In this document: positions 25,014 through 34,210 of the stretch, piece by piece | Position numbering within the stretch: position 1 is the stretch's first letter | Layout of the letters: each line of letters begins with the position of its first letter | Notes under the pieces: generated by a model | Told to the model about the DNA's origin: nothing | Seen by the model: the letters and a program-made list of their open reading frames with translations, nothing else | The model's database searches: none | NCBI GenBank assembly: GCA_026396115.1 | Contig: JAPLXL010000005.1 | Span: 2,967 to 66,966, forward strand | Direction of reading: 5' to 3' | Source: Candidatus Nealsonbacteria bacterium | GTDB taxonomy: Bacteria; Patescibacteriota; Minisyncoccia; Minisyncoccales; RBG-13-42-11 | DNA length: 64,000 nt | Made by a program: the position numbers and the translations under genes

Positions 25014-25937
25014 GTGCCGGAAGAAGTTGAGATGCCGGAAGAAAAAACAGAAGAAGTGATTGAAGATGAAACCGCTGAACTTGCCCCGAGCGAAGTTGAG
25101 GGATGGAAGACTTATAGAAACGAGGAGTATGGATTTGAATTTCAATATCCAAAGGATTGGGGGGAAATTAACCTAGAGCAACAGGCTGTAGATGAACCCG
25201 CAGAGCATTTCGACTATGAATACAAGAGAGTAATCTTTGAAGCTCAAATGAAGGTAGGAGTCTACACATTTTTTTTAGATAATAAAAAGATTAAAAAAAT
25301 TTGGTATCAACCCTCTTCGGAAAGTTTAGCTTTTGTGGAATACGGAGAGGAAGAGTATGAAGCGGTAGACAGTAGGGACATACGTAAACAGGAAACATTA
25401 AAAATTATTGGATCCAAGGGTGAGATTACCCAAATTTACACCGTTCCAGAAAATATAGTTCCGTGGTACGGAAAGATCGGTGCTGTAAGATTCTCTCTTG
25501 GCGGTAATTATGTTTGTTTTATTGAGGATGGTTGGGAAAACACCAAACTTATGATAGTTAATGTTCAAACCAAGAAAAATATATTAAAAGATATTGATAG
25601 TTGGTTTAACAGGCTGGATATTTACCAAAATATTTTTTGGTCGCAGAACGAGAAAGTTTTAGCAATTAAAAGTTACTGGAGCTCTTTTAGTGGCGAAGGG
25701 AGAGATGGGATATTTGTAAGCGATTATGGAAAACCGGAGAAATTAAATCAAGTTTTTACTTTTGGTGAAGGTTTTAAAGCGATGGAGTTCGAAGACGGTT
25801 CTGAAATTTATAATATTCGTTTAATGAGTGACGAAAAATTATATTTTTCGGTGAAATTCGCCCCATATGAGGGGGAAACTTACGAGAAAAAATACGAATA
25901 CATTGTAAAAACGAAAGAGTTAAAAGAAGTAAAATAA
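25014..25937 (+). CDS. Hypothetical exported/anchored protein (true start uncertain)
   Basis: 307-aa ORF from a GTG. The in-frame upstream stretch from 24903 encodes a TM-like ILILVVLIILAAGGILSWQYF but contains no canonical start codon. Confidence 0.5.
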   Translation: MPEEVEMPEEKTEEVIEDETAELAPSEVEGWKTYRNEEYGFEFQYPKDWGEINLEQQAVDEPAEHFDYEYKRVIFEAQMKVGVYTFFLDNKKIKKIWYQPSSESLAFVEYGEEEYEAVDSRDIRKQETLKIIGSKGEITQIYTVPENIVPWYGKIGAVRFSLGGNYVCFIEDGWENTKLMIVNVQTKKNILKDIDSWFNRLDIYQNIFWSQNEKVLAIKSYWSSFSGEGRDGIFVSDYGKPEKLNQVFTFGEGFKAMEFEDGSEIYNIRLMSDEKLYFSVKFAPYEGETYEKKYEYIVKTKELKEVK

Positions 25938-26017
25938 AAATCTTCAAGCAAATCTTTTTGTTAGAATTAGATGAGCCGAAAAACAGAACAATAATTGTTA
26001 AAATTATAGAAGATTGA

Positions 26018-26305
26018 ATGCCAAAAGAGAGAAAAAATAAGCGCAATTGGTCAGATTATGTAACCAAACATAGTTTTGCTCTGGATTTGGAAGAGGGTGT
26101 TTTTACCTGGGATAATCCGCGAAAGATTGCCGAATCCCTCAAAAAATCAGCCGAGGCGAGTATACGCCAGAAGGGCACGTCGTTTCAATCAGCCATGTCG
26201 ATGCTTAATTTTTACATCAATCGCGCCGGGAAAAAATTAAAACCTGACAGAAAAAAAATTCTGAAACAGGCAAAAATAGAATTGCGAAAATTATTTAACT
26301 GGTAA
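26018..26305 (+). CDS. DUF3175-like small protein
   Basis: SFQSAMSMLNFYINRAGKKL and the overall ~95-aa layout resemble DUF3175. Confidence 0.55.
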   Translation: MPKERKNKRNWSDYVTKHSFALDLEEGVFTWDNPRKIAESLKKSAEASIRQKGTSFQSAMSMLNFYINRAGKKLKPDRKKILKQAKIELRKLFNW

Positions 26306-26350
26306 CAAGAAAGCCTTATATGAAAGGACTTTTTTTATTTGGAGAATTTT

Positions 26351-26374
26351 GTATAATAAAAAAAACGTATTGAA
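26351..26374 (+). repeat. 24-nt exact repeat TATAATAAAAAAAACGTATTGAAA (copy 2)
   Basis: Identical to 24845-24868. Ends 2 nt before the ATG at 26377. Confidence 0.8.
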
Positions 26375-26376
26375 AT

Positions 26377-27474
26377 ATGAAAATAATTTACGCTATAGCC
26401 ATTCTTTCTGGCACCATTATTGGCGTGGGATTTTTTGCTTTGCCTTACGTTACTCTTAAGGTAGGTTTTTGGGTAATCCTTGGTTATTTTTTGGCTTTAG
26501 GAGCTTTGGTTATTTTAATTCATTTGTTTTTTGGAGAACTGGCATTAAAAACTCCTGATTTTAAAAGATTGCCGGGTTTTGCCAAAATTTATTTGGGAAA
26601 TTGGGGTCAGGTTGCAGCTTACACTTCAACAATTTTAGGAATTTTCGGAGCGCTTTTAGCTTATTTAATCGTTGGCGGAGAATTTTTAACAGAACTGTTT
26701 TTACCAATTTTCGGAGGAAGTTCCTTGGTTTACACCCTTTTTTATTTTGTAATTGCAGCTGCTTTAATTTTCTTTGGAATAAAAGCCATTGCTAAAGTAG
26801 AATTTTGGGGGTTAGTTTTATTTTTTATAACCTTGTTTGCCATATTCTTTCAAGGAAAATTATTTATAACAATTGAAAACCTTTTTCCTTCTCCGGATAT
26901 TTCTTATATTTTTCTGCCTTACGGCATTGTTCTTTTTTCTCTGTGGGGAGCAGCTTTAATTCCGGAAGTTGAAGAAATGCTGGGAAAAGAGAAAAATTTA
27001 CTTTTAAAAATTATTCCCATTGCCATTTTAATTCCAATGATTGTTTACCTTTTTTTTATTTACTTGATTTTAGGCATTACCGGGACTCAAACCACCGAAT
27101 CCGCTCTAATCGGATTAAGAAATGTTTTGGGCGATGGCACAGTGTCTTTAGCTCTCATTTTCGGGCTTTTAACCACTTTCACCTCTTTTATCACCTTAGG
27201 GCTAACCTTAAAGAATGTTTTCTGGTATGATTTAAAAATAGGAAAAAATATCGCTTTCGCAATTACTTGTTTTATTCCTTTAGTTCTTTTTTTAATTGGG
27301 ATAAAACAGTTTATTCCAATCATTTCTTTTGTCGGAGGAGTTATGCTTGGGATTGACGGTATTTTGATTTTATTAATGTATAGGAAAATAAAACCAAAAC
27401 AAATTTTAGTTTATCCTCTGTTTTTAATACTTTTTGGTGGAATCATTTACGAGATAATATATTTTATTAGATAA
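26377..27474 (+). CDS. Amino-acid permease-like transporter (aromatic amino acid permease family-like)
   Basis: About 11 TM segments. N-terminal SGTIIGVGFFALPYV motif. Confidence 0.6.
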   Translation: MKIIYAIAILSGTIIGVGFFALPYVTLKVGFWVILGYFLALGALVILIHLFFGELALKTPDFKRLPGFAKIYLGNWGQVAAYTSTILGIFGALLAYLIVGGEFLTELFLPIFGGSSLVYTLFYFVIAAALIFFGIKAIAKVEFWGLVLFFITLFAIFFQGKLFITIENLFPSPDISYIFLPYGIVLFSLWGAALIPEVEEMLGKEKNLLLKIIPIAILIPMIVYLFFIYLILGITGTQTTESALIGLRNVLGDGTVSLALIFGLLTTFTSFITLGLTLKNVFWYDLKIGKNIAFAITCFIPLVLFLIGIKQFIPIISFVGGVMLGIDGILILLMYRKIKPKQILVYPLFLILFGGIIYEIIYFIR

Positions 27475-27477
27475 ATT

Positions 27478-28431
27478 ATGCTTTTTTATCATGTTTTAAT
27501 TTTTGTTGGTTCTTTTGCTATACTTTTTTTCTCAAGCAATTTTTTAGTCGGTGGACTTACTAAACTTTCTAAATTCATAGGGTGGAAAGAGTTTGTAGTT
27601 TCTTTTCTTGTTATGGCTTTTGCAACCACCATTCCCAACTTTTTTATTGGAATAATTTCTGCTTTAAATAAAGTTCCTGAGCTTTCTTTTAGCGATGTTG
27701 TAGGAACTAATATTGCCGACCTTACTTTGGTCATAGCTTTATCTGCTTTGGTTTCAAAAATGGGTTTATCTGTTCCAAGCCGAACAGTTCAAGGAAGTTC
27801 TCTTTTTACAATTGGGGTTGCTGTTTTCCCCTTAATTTTAATTCAAGATGGTACTCTTTCCCGATTAGATGGAATTCTATTATTAGGCGCGTTCGCTGCT
27901 TATATTGCTTGGCTTTTTAATAAAAAAGAAAGATTTGAAAAGATTTATGACGGAACCTCGGAGAAATTAACTTTAAAATTTTTTACAAAGAATATAGTTT
28001 TGCTTTTTTGTTCTATTTTATTACTAGTAGTATCTTCTCATGGGATTGTTAAATCAGCTGTCTTTTTCTCAGGGTTTCTACGTTTACCCTTAAGTTTGAT
28101 TGGTATTTTGATAGTTGGCTTAGGTACTGCGTTGCCCGAACTTTCCTTTACCTTGCAGGCCGCAAGAAAATCTCAGGATTGGATGATAGTTGGAGACGTG
28201 ATGGGGTCGGTAATAATGACAGCCACCCTTGTTTTAGGAATCGTTGCTTTAATTTGTCCAATTAAAATTGTTGATTTTCAACCATTTGCCATCGGAAGGA
28301 TTTTTCTAATAATTTCGGCAATATTTTTTCTGCTTTTTATCCGAAGTGGCCGTAAAATCACGAGAAGAGAAGCCTTATTTTTATTGGGGATTTATATCAC
28401 CTTTGTCTTAGTTGAAATTTTAAGCAAATGA
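27478..28431 (+). CDS. Ca2+/cation antiporter (CaCA family, YrbG-like)
   Basis: Two alpha-repeats: GTNIADLTLVIALSAL and GLGTALPELSFTLQAA. Confidence 0.85.
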   Translation: MLFYHVLIFVGSFAILFFSSNFLVGGLTKLSKFIGWKEFVVSFLVMAFATTIPNFFIGIISALNKVPELSFSDVVGTNIADLTLVIALSALVSKMGLSVPSRTVQGSSLFTIGVAVFPLILIQDGTLSRLDGILLLGAFAAYIAWLFNKKERFEKIYDGTSEKLTLKFFTKNIVLLFCSILLLVVSSHGIVKSAVFFSGFLRLPLSLIGILIVGLGTALPELSFTLQAARKSQDWMIVGDVMGSVIMTATLVLGIVALICPIKIVDFQPFAIGRIFLIISAIFFLLFIRSGRKITRREALFLLGIYITFVLVEILSK

Positions 28432-28450
28432 TGGTAGGATAGTTTTAGTA

Positions 28451-28535
28451 TTCAATGAATCTTCGATTCATTTCAATGTTCAATGAATTTTTAATTCATT
28501 TCACCTTCGACTTCAATAAATTTTCAATTTATTTC
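28451..28535 (+). repeat. Three tandem imperfect palindromes (TTCAATGAAT-N5-ATTCATTTC type) just upstream of rmuC
   Basis: ttcaatgaatcttcgattcatttc (28451), ttcaatgaatttttaattcatttc (28479), ttcaataaattttcaatttatttc (28512). Confidence 0.8.
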
Positions 28536-28536
28536 G

Positions 28537-29559
28537 ATGAATGATTTTCTTTTTGTCTTGATAATATTTTTGATTGTGGCGGCAGGCGTGGGAGCAATCT
28601 TTTTTTTATTGCGTAAATCAAGAACTGATGAAAAACAGAGTGGCGCTATAGAAGATTTAAAAATAAGATTAGCTGAAATGACAGGTATTTTAAAAGAGAT
28701 GAGCGACAGCCAAGATGGAACTTCAAGAGCAATGCAAGATCAAATGCATTCTTTTACCAAAGAAGCAACCCAGATAAGAGAAGATTTAAAACATGTTCAA
28801 GAAAGCGTAAAAGACGTTTCTTCTTTTCAGGAAATTTTCAAAGCGCCAAAACTCAGGGGGCAATGGGGTGAAGCGTCTTTAGAACACATTTTATCCCAGC
28901 ACTTTCCCTCAGAGCTTTACAAATTACAATATCTGTTTTCTTCGGGCGAACAGGTAGACGCTGTGTTATCGCTTCCTAATGCCAAAACCCTGCCGATTGA
29001 CGCTAAATTTCCCTCTGAAAACTTTACTAAAATGGTTGAAGCTTCGGGCGCTGAAAAGGATGCTTTCCGGAAAAAATTCATTGATGACATCAAAGGCCAT
29101 ATTGATAAAATCGCTGCAAAATATATAATACCTGCCGATGGAACCGTTGATTTCGCTTTAATGTATATTCCGGCCGAAGCCATTTATTACGAGATAGTTA
29201 ATAATATTGGCAAAGAATTTGATTTAACGGGTTACGCTATGTCAAAGAAAGTGGTTCTCACTTCTCCCAACACGATTTATTTAACCTTAAGAACAATCGA
29301 GCATTGGTTTAAAGATACCCAAATTTCCCGGCAAACGCAGGAAATTCTGAAAAGATTAAATAAGGTTTATCAGGACGCCGGAAAGTTAATGGATGATTTC
29401 AGAAAACTGGGTTCACATTTAAAAAATGCCGTTTCTTCTTATGACAGTTCGGAAAAACGTCTTGATATGTTTTCTGACAAGGTCGAAAGATTATTAGAGG
29501 TCAAAAAAACTAAAGTTTCTTCTTCCCCCTCGCTTCGCTCGGGAGGTCAAAGAAGTTAA
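28537..29559 (+). CDS. rmuC: DNA recombination protein RmuC
   Basis: N-terminal TM, coiled coil, KLRGQWGEASLEHIL and the nuclease-like C-terminal half. The last ~14 aa are repeat-derived. Confidence 0.85.
   Translation: MNDFLFVLIIFLIVAAGVGAIFFLLRKSRTDEKQSGAIEDLKIRLAEMTGILKEMSDSQDGTSRAMQDQMHSFTKEATQIREDLKHVQESVKDVSSFQEIFKAPKLRGQWGEASLEHILSQHFPSELYKLQYLFSSGEQVDAVLSLPNAKTLPIDAKFPSENFTKMVEASGAEKDAFRKKFIDDIKGHIDKIAAKYIIPADGTVDFALMYIPAEAIYYEIVNNIGKEFDLTGYAMSKKVVLTSPNTIYLTLRTIEHWFKDTQISRQTQEILKRLNKVYQDAGKLMDDFRKLGSHLKNAVSSYDSSEKRLDMFSDKVERLLEVKKTKVSSSPSLRSGGQRS
29515..29545 (-). repeat. Half copy of the hairpin repeat family (B) forming the RmuC C-terminus
   Basis: gtttcttcttccccctcgcttcgctcgggag, which matches unit 4 of the 3423 array. 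Translated as VSSSPSLRSGG. Confidence 0.7.
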
Positions 29560-29583
29560 AAAATTAAAAAAAGGTGAATAAAT

Positions 29584-29922
29584 ATGTTAGCCATAATCAA
29601 AACCGGGGGCAAGCAGTATCTTGTATCTCCGGGACAAAAAATTAAGATTGAAAAAATTGATAAAACCGCCTTCGCTAAAACTAAGACGGACAAGGAAAGT
29701 CAAGAAATAGTTTTTGATGAAGTTTTGTTATTGCAAAAAGGGAATAAGCTGGAAATCGGCACTCCTTTGGTCAAGGGAGCAAAAGTTACCGGGAAAATTG
29801 TTCGGCAGGGTAAAGCTAAAAAAGTAATTGTTTTTAAATACAAAGCAAAAAAACGCTACAAAGTAAAAAAGGGCCATCGCCAGCCCTTTACTGAAGTAGA
29901 AATCACTAAAATTTCTAATTGA
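29584..29922 (+). CDS. rplU: 50S ribosomal protein L21
   Basis: MLAIIKTGGKQYLVSPGQKIKIEKI ... KKRYKVKKGHRQPFTEVEI. Confidence 0.9.
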   Translation: MLAIIKTGGKQYLVSPGQKIKIEKIDKTAFAKTKTDKESQEIVFDEVLLLQKGNKLEIGTPLVKGAKVTGKIVRQGKAKKVIVFKYKAKKRYKVKKGHRQPFTEVEITKISN

Positions 29923-29930
29923 CCTAATTT

Positions 29931-30593
29931 CTATTTTCGGCCTTCCAGAGCCGAAGATAAAGTTTCTTCATCAGCATACTCTAATTCACCGCCAAAGGGC
30001 AGCCCCCGACCAAGTCGGGTGGTTTTTTTGCCTAAGGGTTTTAGCGTTCTTTCCAAATACAAAGCTGTGGCTTCTCCTTCGGTTATGGGATTCAAAGCAA
30101 TAATAATTTCTTTTATTTCAGGGTTTTTAACCCTTTCTAAAAGCTCTTGAATCCTTCTTAATTTTTTTAATTCAGGGGCTCGTCCTTTGGACGGGAGGGT
30201 GGTGGGCGGGTTGTAGTCTTTTTTTAAGACAGAAACCGTTCCGCCCAATATAAAATACAAACCTTGATATTTTCTGGTTTTTTCAATAGAAATTAAATCC
30301 GTCTCTTTTTCAACCAGACAAATTAAGGACTTGTCCCGGCGGGGATCTTGGCAGATTTCGCAAAGCTCGCCTTCGGCTTTTTGGCCTGAGCTTGTCGAAG
30401 GCTCAAATGATTTGTAGCAAAGCTTGCACAATTTCACGTTTTCTTTAAGTTTTAAAATGGCTGAGGTTAATTCTTTTATTTCTCTTTCGTTCAGCCTTAA
30501 TAAGTAAAAAACAAATCGGCTAGCTGTTCTGGGACCTATCGTCGGGAATTTTGAGAATAAATTAATTAATTTTTGAATAGTAGGGGAATGCAT
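29931..30593 (-). CDS. recR: Recombination protein RecR
   Basis: LINLFSKFPTIGPRTASRFVFYLL (HhH), CxxC...CxxC zinc finger, Toprim region. The Zn-finger spacer is unusually long. Confidence 0.85.
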   Translation of the reverse strand: MHSPTIQKLINLFSKFPTIGPRTASRFVFYLLRLNEREIKELTSAILKLKENVKLCKLCYKSFEPSTSSGQKAEGELCEICQDPRRDKSLICLVEKETDLISIEKTRKYQGLYFILGGTVSVLKKDYNPPTTLPSKGRAPELKKLRRIQELLERVKNPEIKEIIIALNPITEGEATALYLERTLKPLGKKTTRLGRGLPFGGELEYADEETLSSALEGRK

Positions 30594-30596
30594 AAT

Positions 30597-31952
30597 TTAC
30601 TCTTCCATATACCCTTTCTCTAAATTTCTAAAGGCAACCCGACTTTCATCAAAATATAGTTCTACATTGCCCACAGGGCCGTTTCGATGTTTGGCGATAA
30701 TGATATCGGCAATATTTTTTCTGGCGGAATCGGACCTGTATCTGTCCTCGCGGTAAATAAACAAAACCACGTCAGCATCTTGTTCTATGGCTCCAGTTTC
30801 TCTTAAATCAGACAATCTGGGGATTTGGGGAGACCTTTGTTCAACTGCCCTTGATAATTGAGAAAGAGCCAAGACCGGCACATTTAGTTCTCTGGCTAAA
30901 GATTTAAGAGAACGAGAAATTTCTGTCATCTGCTGAACCATACTGGTCATGGCATTCCTTGGCTCCATTAACTGTAGATAATCAACAATAATAAGTCCTA
31001 ATCCTTTCTCTACCTGCAATCTTCTGGCCATTGCCCTCATTTGTAAAATATTACAAACAGCCGTGTCATCAATATAGATAGGAGCTTCGGACAAAACTCC
31101 CAAAGCATGTTGGATTCTGGTAAAGTCATTATCGTCCCCATCGCTGGAAAGTTTCCCGGTCCTTAATCTCCATAGATCAATTCCGGCTTGGTCGGCAATA
31201 AATCTATCAACCAATTGGTCTCTTGACATTTCCAAACTAAATATTCCTACCGGTATTTTTTCATTAATACTGACATAGCTGGCAATATTTGTTGCCAAAC
31301 TGCTTTTTCCCATGGCTGGCCTTGAAGCTAAAACAATTAAATCTGATTTTTGCAGACCGGCCAGAATATTGTCCAAACCTGTAAAACCGGTCGGTAATCC
31401 CCTCAGACCCCCTTTATATTTTGACAATTTATCAATTCTTTCAAAGGCCTCTCCCAAACTTGCTTTAATTGGAATAAAATTTTGAGAAAGACCTTGTTGG
31501 GCGATGCTAAAAATCTTTTTCTCTGCCCGGTCTAATAAAATATCAGTATCATCTGTTTCGTTATAACCCATTGTGGCAACTTCAGAACCGGTTTCAATCA
31601 AATCTCTTAGAATTCTCTTTTTTTGAACAATTTTGGCGTAATGCAAAATATTGGTGGCGGTTGGAACGCAGTTAACTAATTCGGTTAAATAACTGTTTCC
31701 GCCAATCTCTTCCAGACAACCCACCTCTTTTAGTCGGTTGGCAACGCTCAGAACATCAATTGCCTCTCCTTTTTCAAAGAGATCCTGACAGATCTTGTAA
31801 ATTTTTTCGTGAGCCGGCCGATAAAAATCATTGGGCCGAACAAAATCAACCGCTTTGACAATAGCGTTTTTATCAAGCATCAAACATCCCAATAAAGACC
31901 TTTCAGCATCTATATTTTGAGGAGGTAGTTTATCCGGGATTTCATTGGTCAT
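30597..31952 (-). CDS. dnaB: Replicative DNA helicase DnaB
   Basis: PPQNIDAERSLLGCLM, Walker A ASRPAMGKSS, IVDYLQLM, SQLSRAVEQR. Confidence 0.95.
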   Translation of the reverse strand: MTNEIPDKLPPQNIDAERSLLGCLMLDKNAIVKAVDFVRPNDFYRPAHEKIYKICQDLFEKGEAIDVLSVANRLKEVGCLEEIGGNSYLTELVNCVPTATNILHYAKIVQKKRILRDLIETGSEVATMGYNETDDTDILLDRAEKKIFSIAQQGLSQNFIPIKASLGEAFERIDKLSKYKGGLRGLPTGFTGLDNILAGLQKSDLIVLASRPAMGKSSLATNIASYVSINEKIPVGIFSLEMSRDQLVDRFIADQAGIDLWRLRTGKLSSDGDDNDFTRIQHALGVLSEAPIYIDDTAVCNILQMRAMARRLQVEKGLGLIIVDYLQLMEPRNAMTSMVQQMTEISRSLKSLARELNVPVLALSQLSRAVEQRSPQIPRLSDLRETGAIEQDADVVLFIYREDRYRSDSARKNIADIIIAKHRNGPVGNVELYFDESRVAFRNLEKGYMEE

Positions 31953-31960
31953 TGAAATAA

Positions 31961-32010
31961 GTCGAAGAGATAAATCTCTTCTTCATCTTTGCTTCCTTCG
32001 GAAGCTCGAT
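31961..32010 (-). repeat. Hairpin repeat family copy (B) upstream of dnaB
   Basis: gtcgaagagataaatctcttcttcatctttgcttccttcggaagctcgat. Confidence 0.8.
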
Positions 32011-32015
32011 AATTA

Positions 32016-32053
32016 AAAATTTATTGAAAATTGAAATGAATTGAAAATTCATT
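32016..32053. repeat. Palindromic motif pair of the AATGAAT-N5-ATTCATT type in the dnaB upstream region
   Basis: AATGAATtgaaaATTCATT at 32035-32053, preceded by atttattgaaaattgaaat. Same motif and spacing as the rmuC-upstream triplet. Confidence 0.7.
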
Positions 32054-32100
32054 GGTCATACGAATGTAAATTAGCACAAGGGAGGCAAATGCGCAAATTG

Positions 32101-33507
32101 CTAAATTTTCTTAATTTTTGGTCCCTCTTTAGTATCTTCAACCCAATAACCAAGTTTTTTAATTTTTTCTCTTATTTCATCGGCTTTCTGCCAAAGCCCT
32201 TGTTCCCGATATTTCTGGCGTTGATTAGTTAAACTAAGCAACTCGCTGGAGATTTTTTCCTTTGGTTTTTTCCATAATATAAAATTAAAAATTCTATCGA
32301 TCTTTTTCAAAAATTCTAAAATATTTTTGGCATTAGTAGAAGATAATTTATTTTGAGAGATTAAAATATTTCCCTTATTTACGAAATCAAATATAACAGC
32401 AATTGCTTTTGGCGTATTAAAATCATCTTCCATTGACCCGTTAAAATCCTTTTGACTTCTTAAAATTAAATCTTTAATAATTTTTGAGTTTTTAGATGCA
32501 GTTTTTCGCTTTGCGGTATGCCATTTTAGTTTTGATACAAACTCATCTATTCTTTCCAATTCTCTTTTTGTTTGTAAAACCAATTTATCATTGTAATCAA
32601 GAGGGGAGCGGTAATGATTTTTTATTATAAGCAACCTTAAAACCCGGCTGTCATTTTCTTTCAGAAAGTCCCTGATAGTAATAAAATTACCCAGGGATTT
32701 TGCCATTTTTTGCCCTGTTACGGTTAAAAATCCCGAATGGAGCCAGTATTTAACTAATGGTTTCTTTTCTGAGATTGCTTCCATTTGAGCAATTTCAGCT
32801 TCGTGGTGGGGGAAAATCAGGTCCCTGGCGCCACCGTGAATGTCATATTGCGGCCCAAAATATTTCTCTGTAATGGCCGTATCCTCAATGTGCCAGCCCG
32901 GTCTTCCCAAAAACCAGGGCGATTTCCATTTTGGCTCGCCAGTTTTAGATTTTTTCCACAGGCAAAAATCACCTTTATTCTTTTTCTCTATGCTTTCATC
33001 TATCCTTGATACGGCATCCTCTGCTCCTAAAACTGTTCTGCGAGAAAGTTTTCCGTAATTTTTAAATTTTGAAATATCATAATAAATTCCATCATCAATT
33101 TGATAAGCATACCCCTTTTTTAAAAGCCGTTTAACCTGTCTGATAATTTCTTTGATATGTTCTGTCGCTCTGGCGTATTTTGTCACGCTGTCTATTTTCA
33201 AACGTTTCATATCTTTCATATATTCCTTTTCAAAATCCCGCGCCAATCTTTGAGGAGAAGCTTTCTTTTCTTTTGCCCGATTGATGATTTTATCGTCAAT
33301 ATCGGTGATATTTTGAAGATAGGAAACATTAAATCCCTTTTCTCTCAAATATTTGACAATCATATCAAAAACAATATAGGTTCTGGCATGGCCTATATGA
33401 CTGAAATCGTATGGTGTGATACCGCAAACAAAAAGATTAATTCTTCCCTTTTTCAGGGGCCTGAAAACCTCCTTTTTCCGTGTTAGGGTATTATAAAGTT
33501 TGAGCAT
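32101..33507 (-). CDS. cysS: Cysteine--tRNA ligase
   Basis: CGITPYDFSHIGHARTY (HIGH) and KMAKSLGN (KMSKS). Confidence 0.95.
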   Translation of the reverse strand: MLKLYNTLTRKKEVFRPLKKGRINLFVCGITPYDFSHIGHARTYIVFDMIVKYLREKGFNVSYLQNITDIDDKIINRAKEKKASPQRLARDFEKEYMKDMKRLKIDSVTKYARATEHIKEIIRQVKRLLKKGYAYQIDDGIYYDISKFKNYGKLSRRTVLGAEDAVSRIDESIEKKNKGDFCLWKKSKTGEPKWKSPWFLGRPGWHIEDTAITEKYFGPQYDIHGGARDLIFPHHEAEIAQMEAISEKKPLVKYWLHSGFLTVTGQKMAKSLGNFITIRDFLKENDSRVLRLLIIKNHYRSPLDYNDKLVLQTKRELERIDEFVSKLKWHTAKRKTASKNSKIIKDLILRSQKDFNGSMEDDFNTPKAIAVIFDFVNKGNILISQNKLSSTNAKNILEFLKKIDRIFNFILWKKPKEKISSELLSLTNQRQKYREQGLWQKADEIREKIKKLGYWVEDTKEGPKIKKI

Positions 33508-33579
33508 TATTCTATTTTACCACAATTTATTTTCTTTTCAAAAATCCTATTTTATGATAATATAACTAAACATAATATT

Positions 33580-34200
33580 ATGAACTTAAAAAACTTTAGA
33601 AAATCGGATATTTTAGCTTCTCTTATTATTGCCGAAGTTGATGCCTGGCTTCTGCTCTTTATTTTAAAAACTATTAAAGTTCAGTTGCCTCCTATTCTTG
33701 ATCCGTTTTTGCGTTTTCTGCCTTTGATTTTACCTTTGTTAGCCCTTTTTTATATTATTGTCGGTTCTTTTTTCAAAGAAAAATTTTCTGCTATTTTTCA
33801 ACTCTTCAAATTTACTCTGACCGGTTCTCTGAATACTTTTATTGATCTCGCGGCACTAAATCTCCTGATGCAGGTTCTCCAGATAACTTCCGGCTGGTAT
33901 TTCTCCTTTTTCAAGTTAATCTCTTTTTCCTGCGCTGCAGTAAACTCCTATCTCTGGAATAAATTCTGGACCTTCAAAAAGAAAGAAACAAAGGTTGGGA
34001 CAAAAGAATTTTCCCAATTCTACATCATAACCGGAATTAGCCTCTTAATAAATGTCGGTTTAGCTTCCTTGATTGTTAATGTTGGGCCTCAATTCGGCCT
34101 CTCAGAGACGCTCTGGGCGAATGTAGGGGCTTTTGGAGGGGTTCTCGGCACCTTCATCTGGAATTTCTTAGGGTATAAATTTATTGTTTTTAAAAGCTGA
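33580..34200 (+). CDS. GtrA-family membrane protein
   Basis: FKFTLTGSLNTFIDL...NSYLWNKFWTFK...NFLGYKFIVF fits the GtrA pattern. Confidence 0.6.
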   Translation: MNLKNFRKSDILASLIIAEVDAWLLLFILKTIKVQLPPILDPFLRFLPLILPLLALFYIIVGSFFKEKFSAIFQLFKFTLTGSLNTFIDLAALNLLMQVLQITSGWYFSFFKLISFSCAAVNSYLWNKFWTFKKKETKVGTKEFSQFYIITGISLLINVGLASLIVNVGPQFGLSETLWANVGAFGGVLGTFIWNFLGYKFIVFKS

Positions 34201-34210
34201 AGCTAATAAT

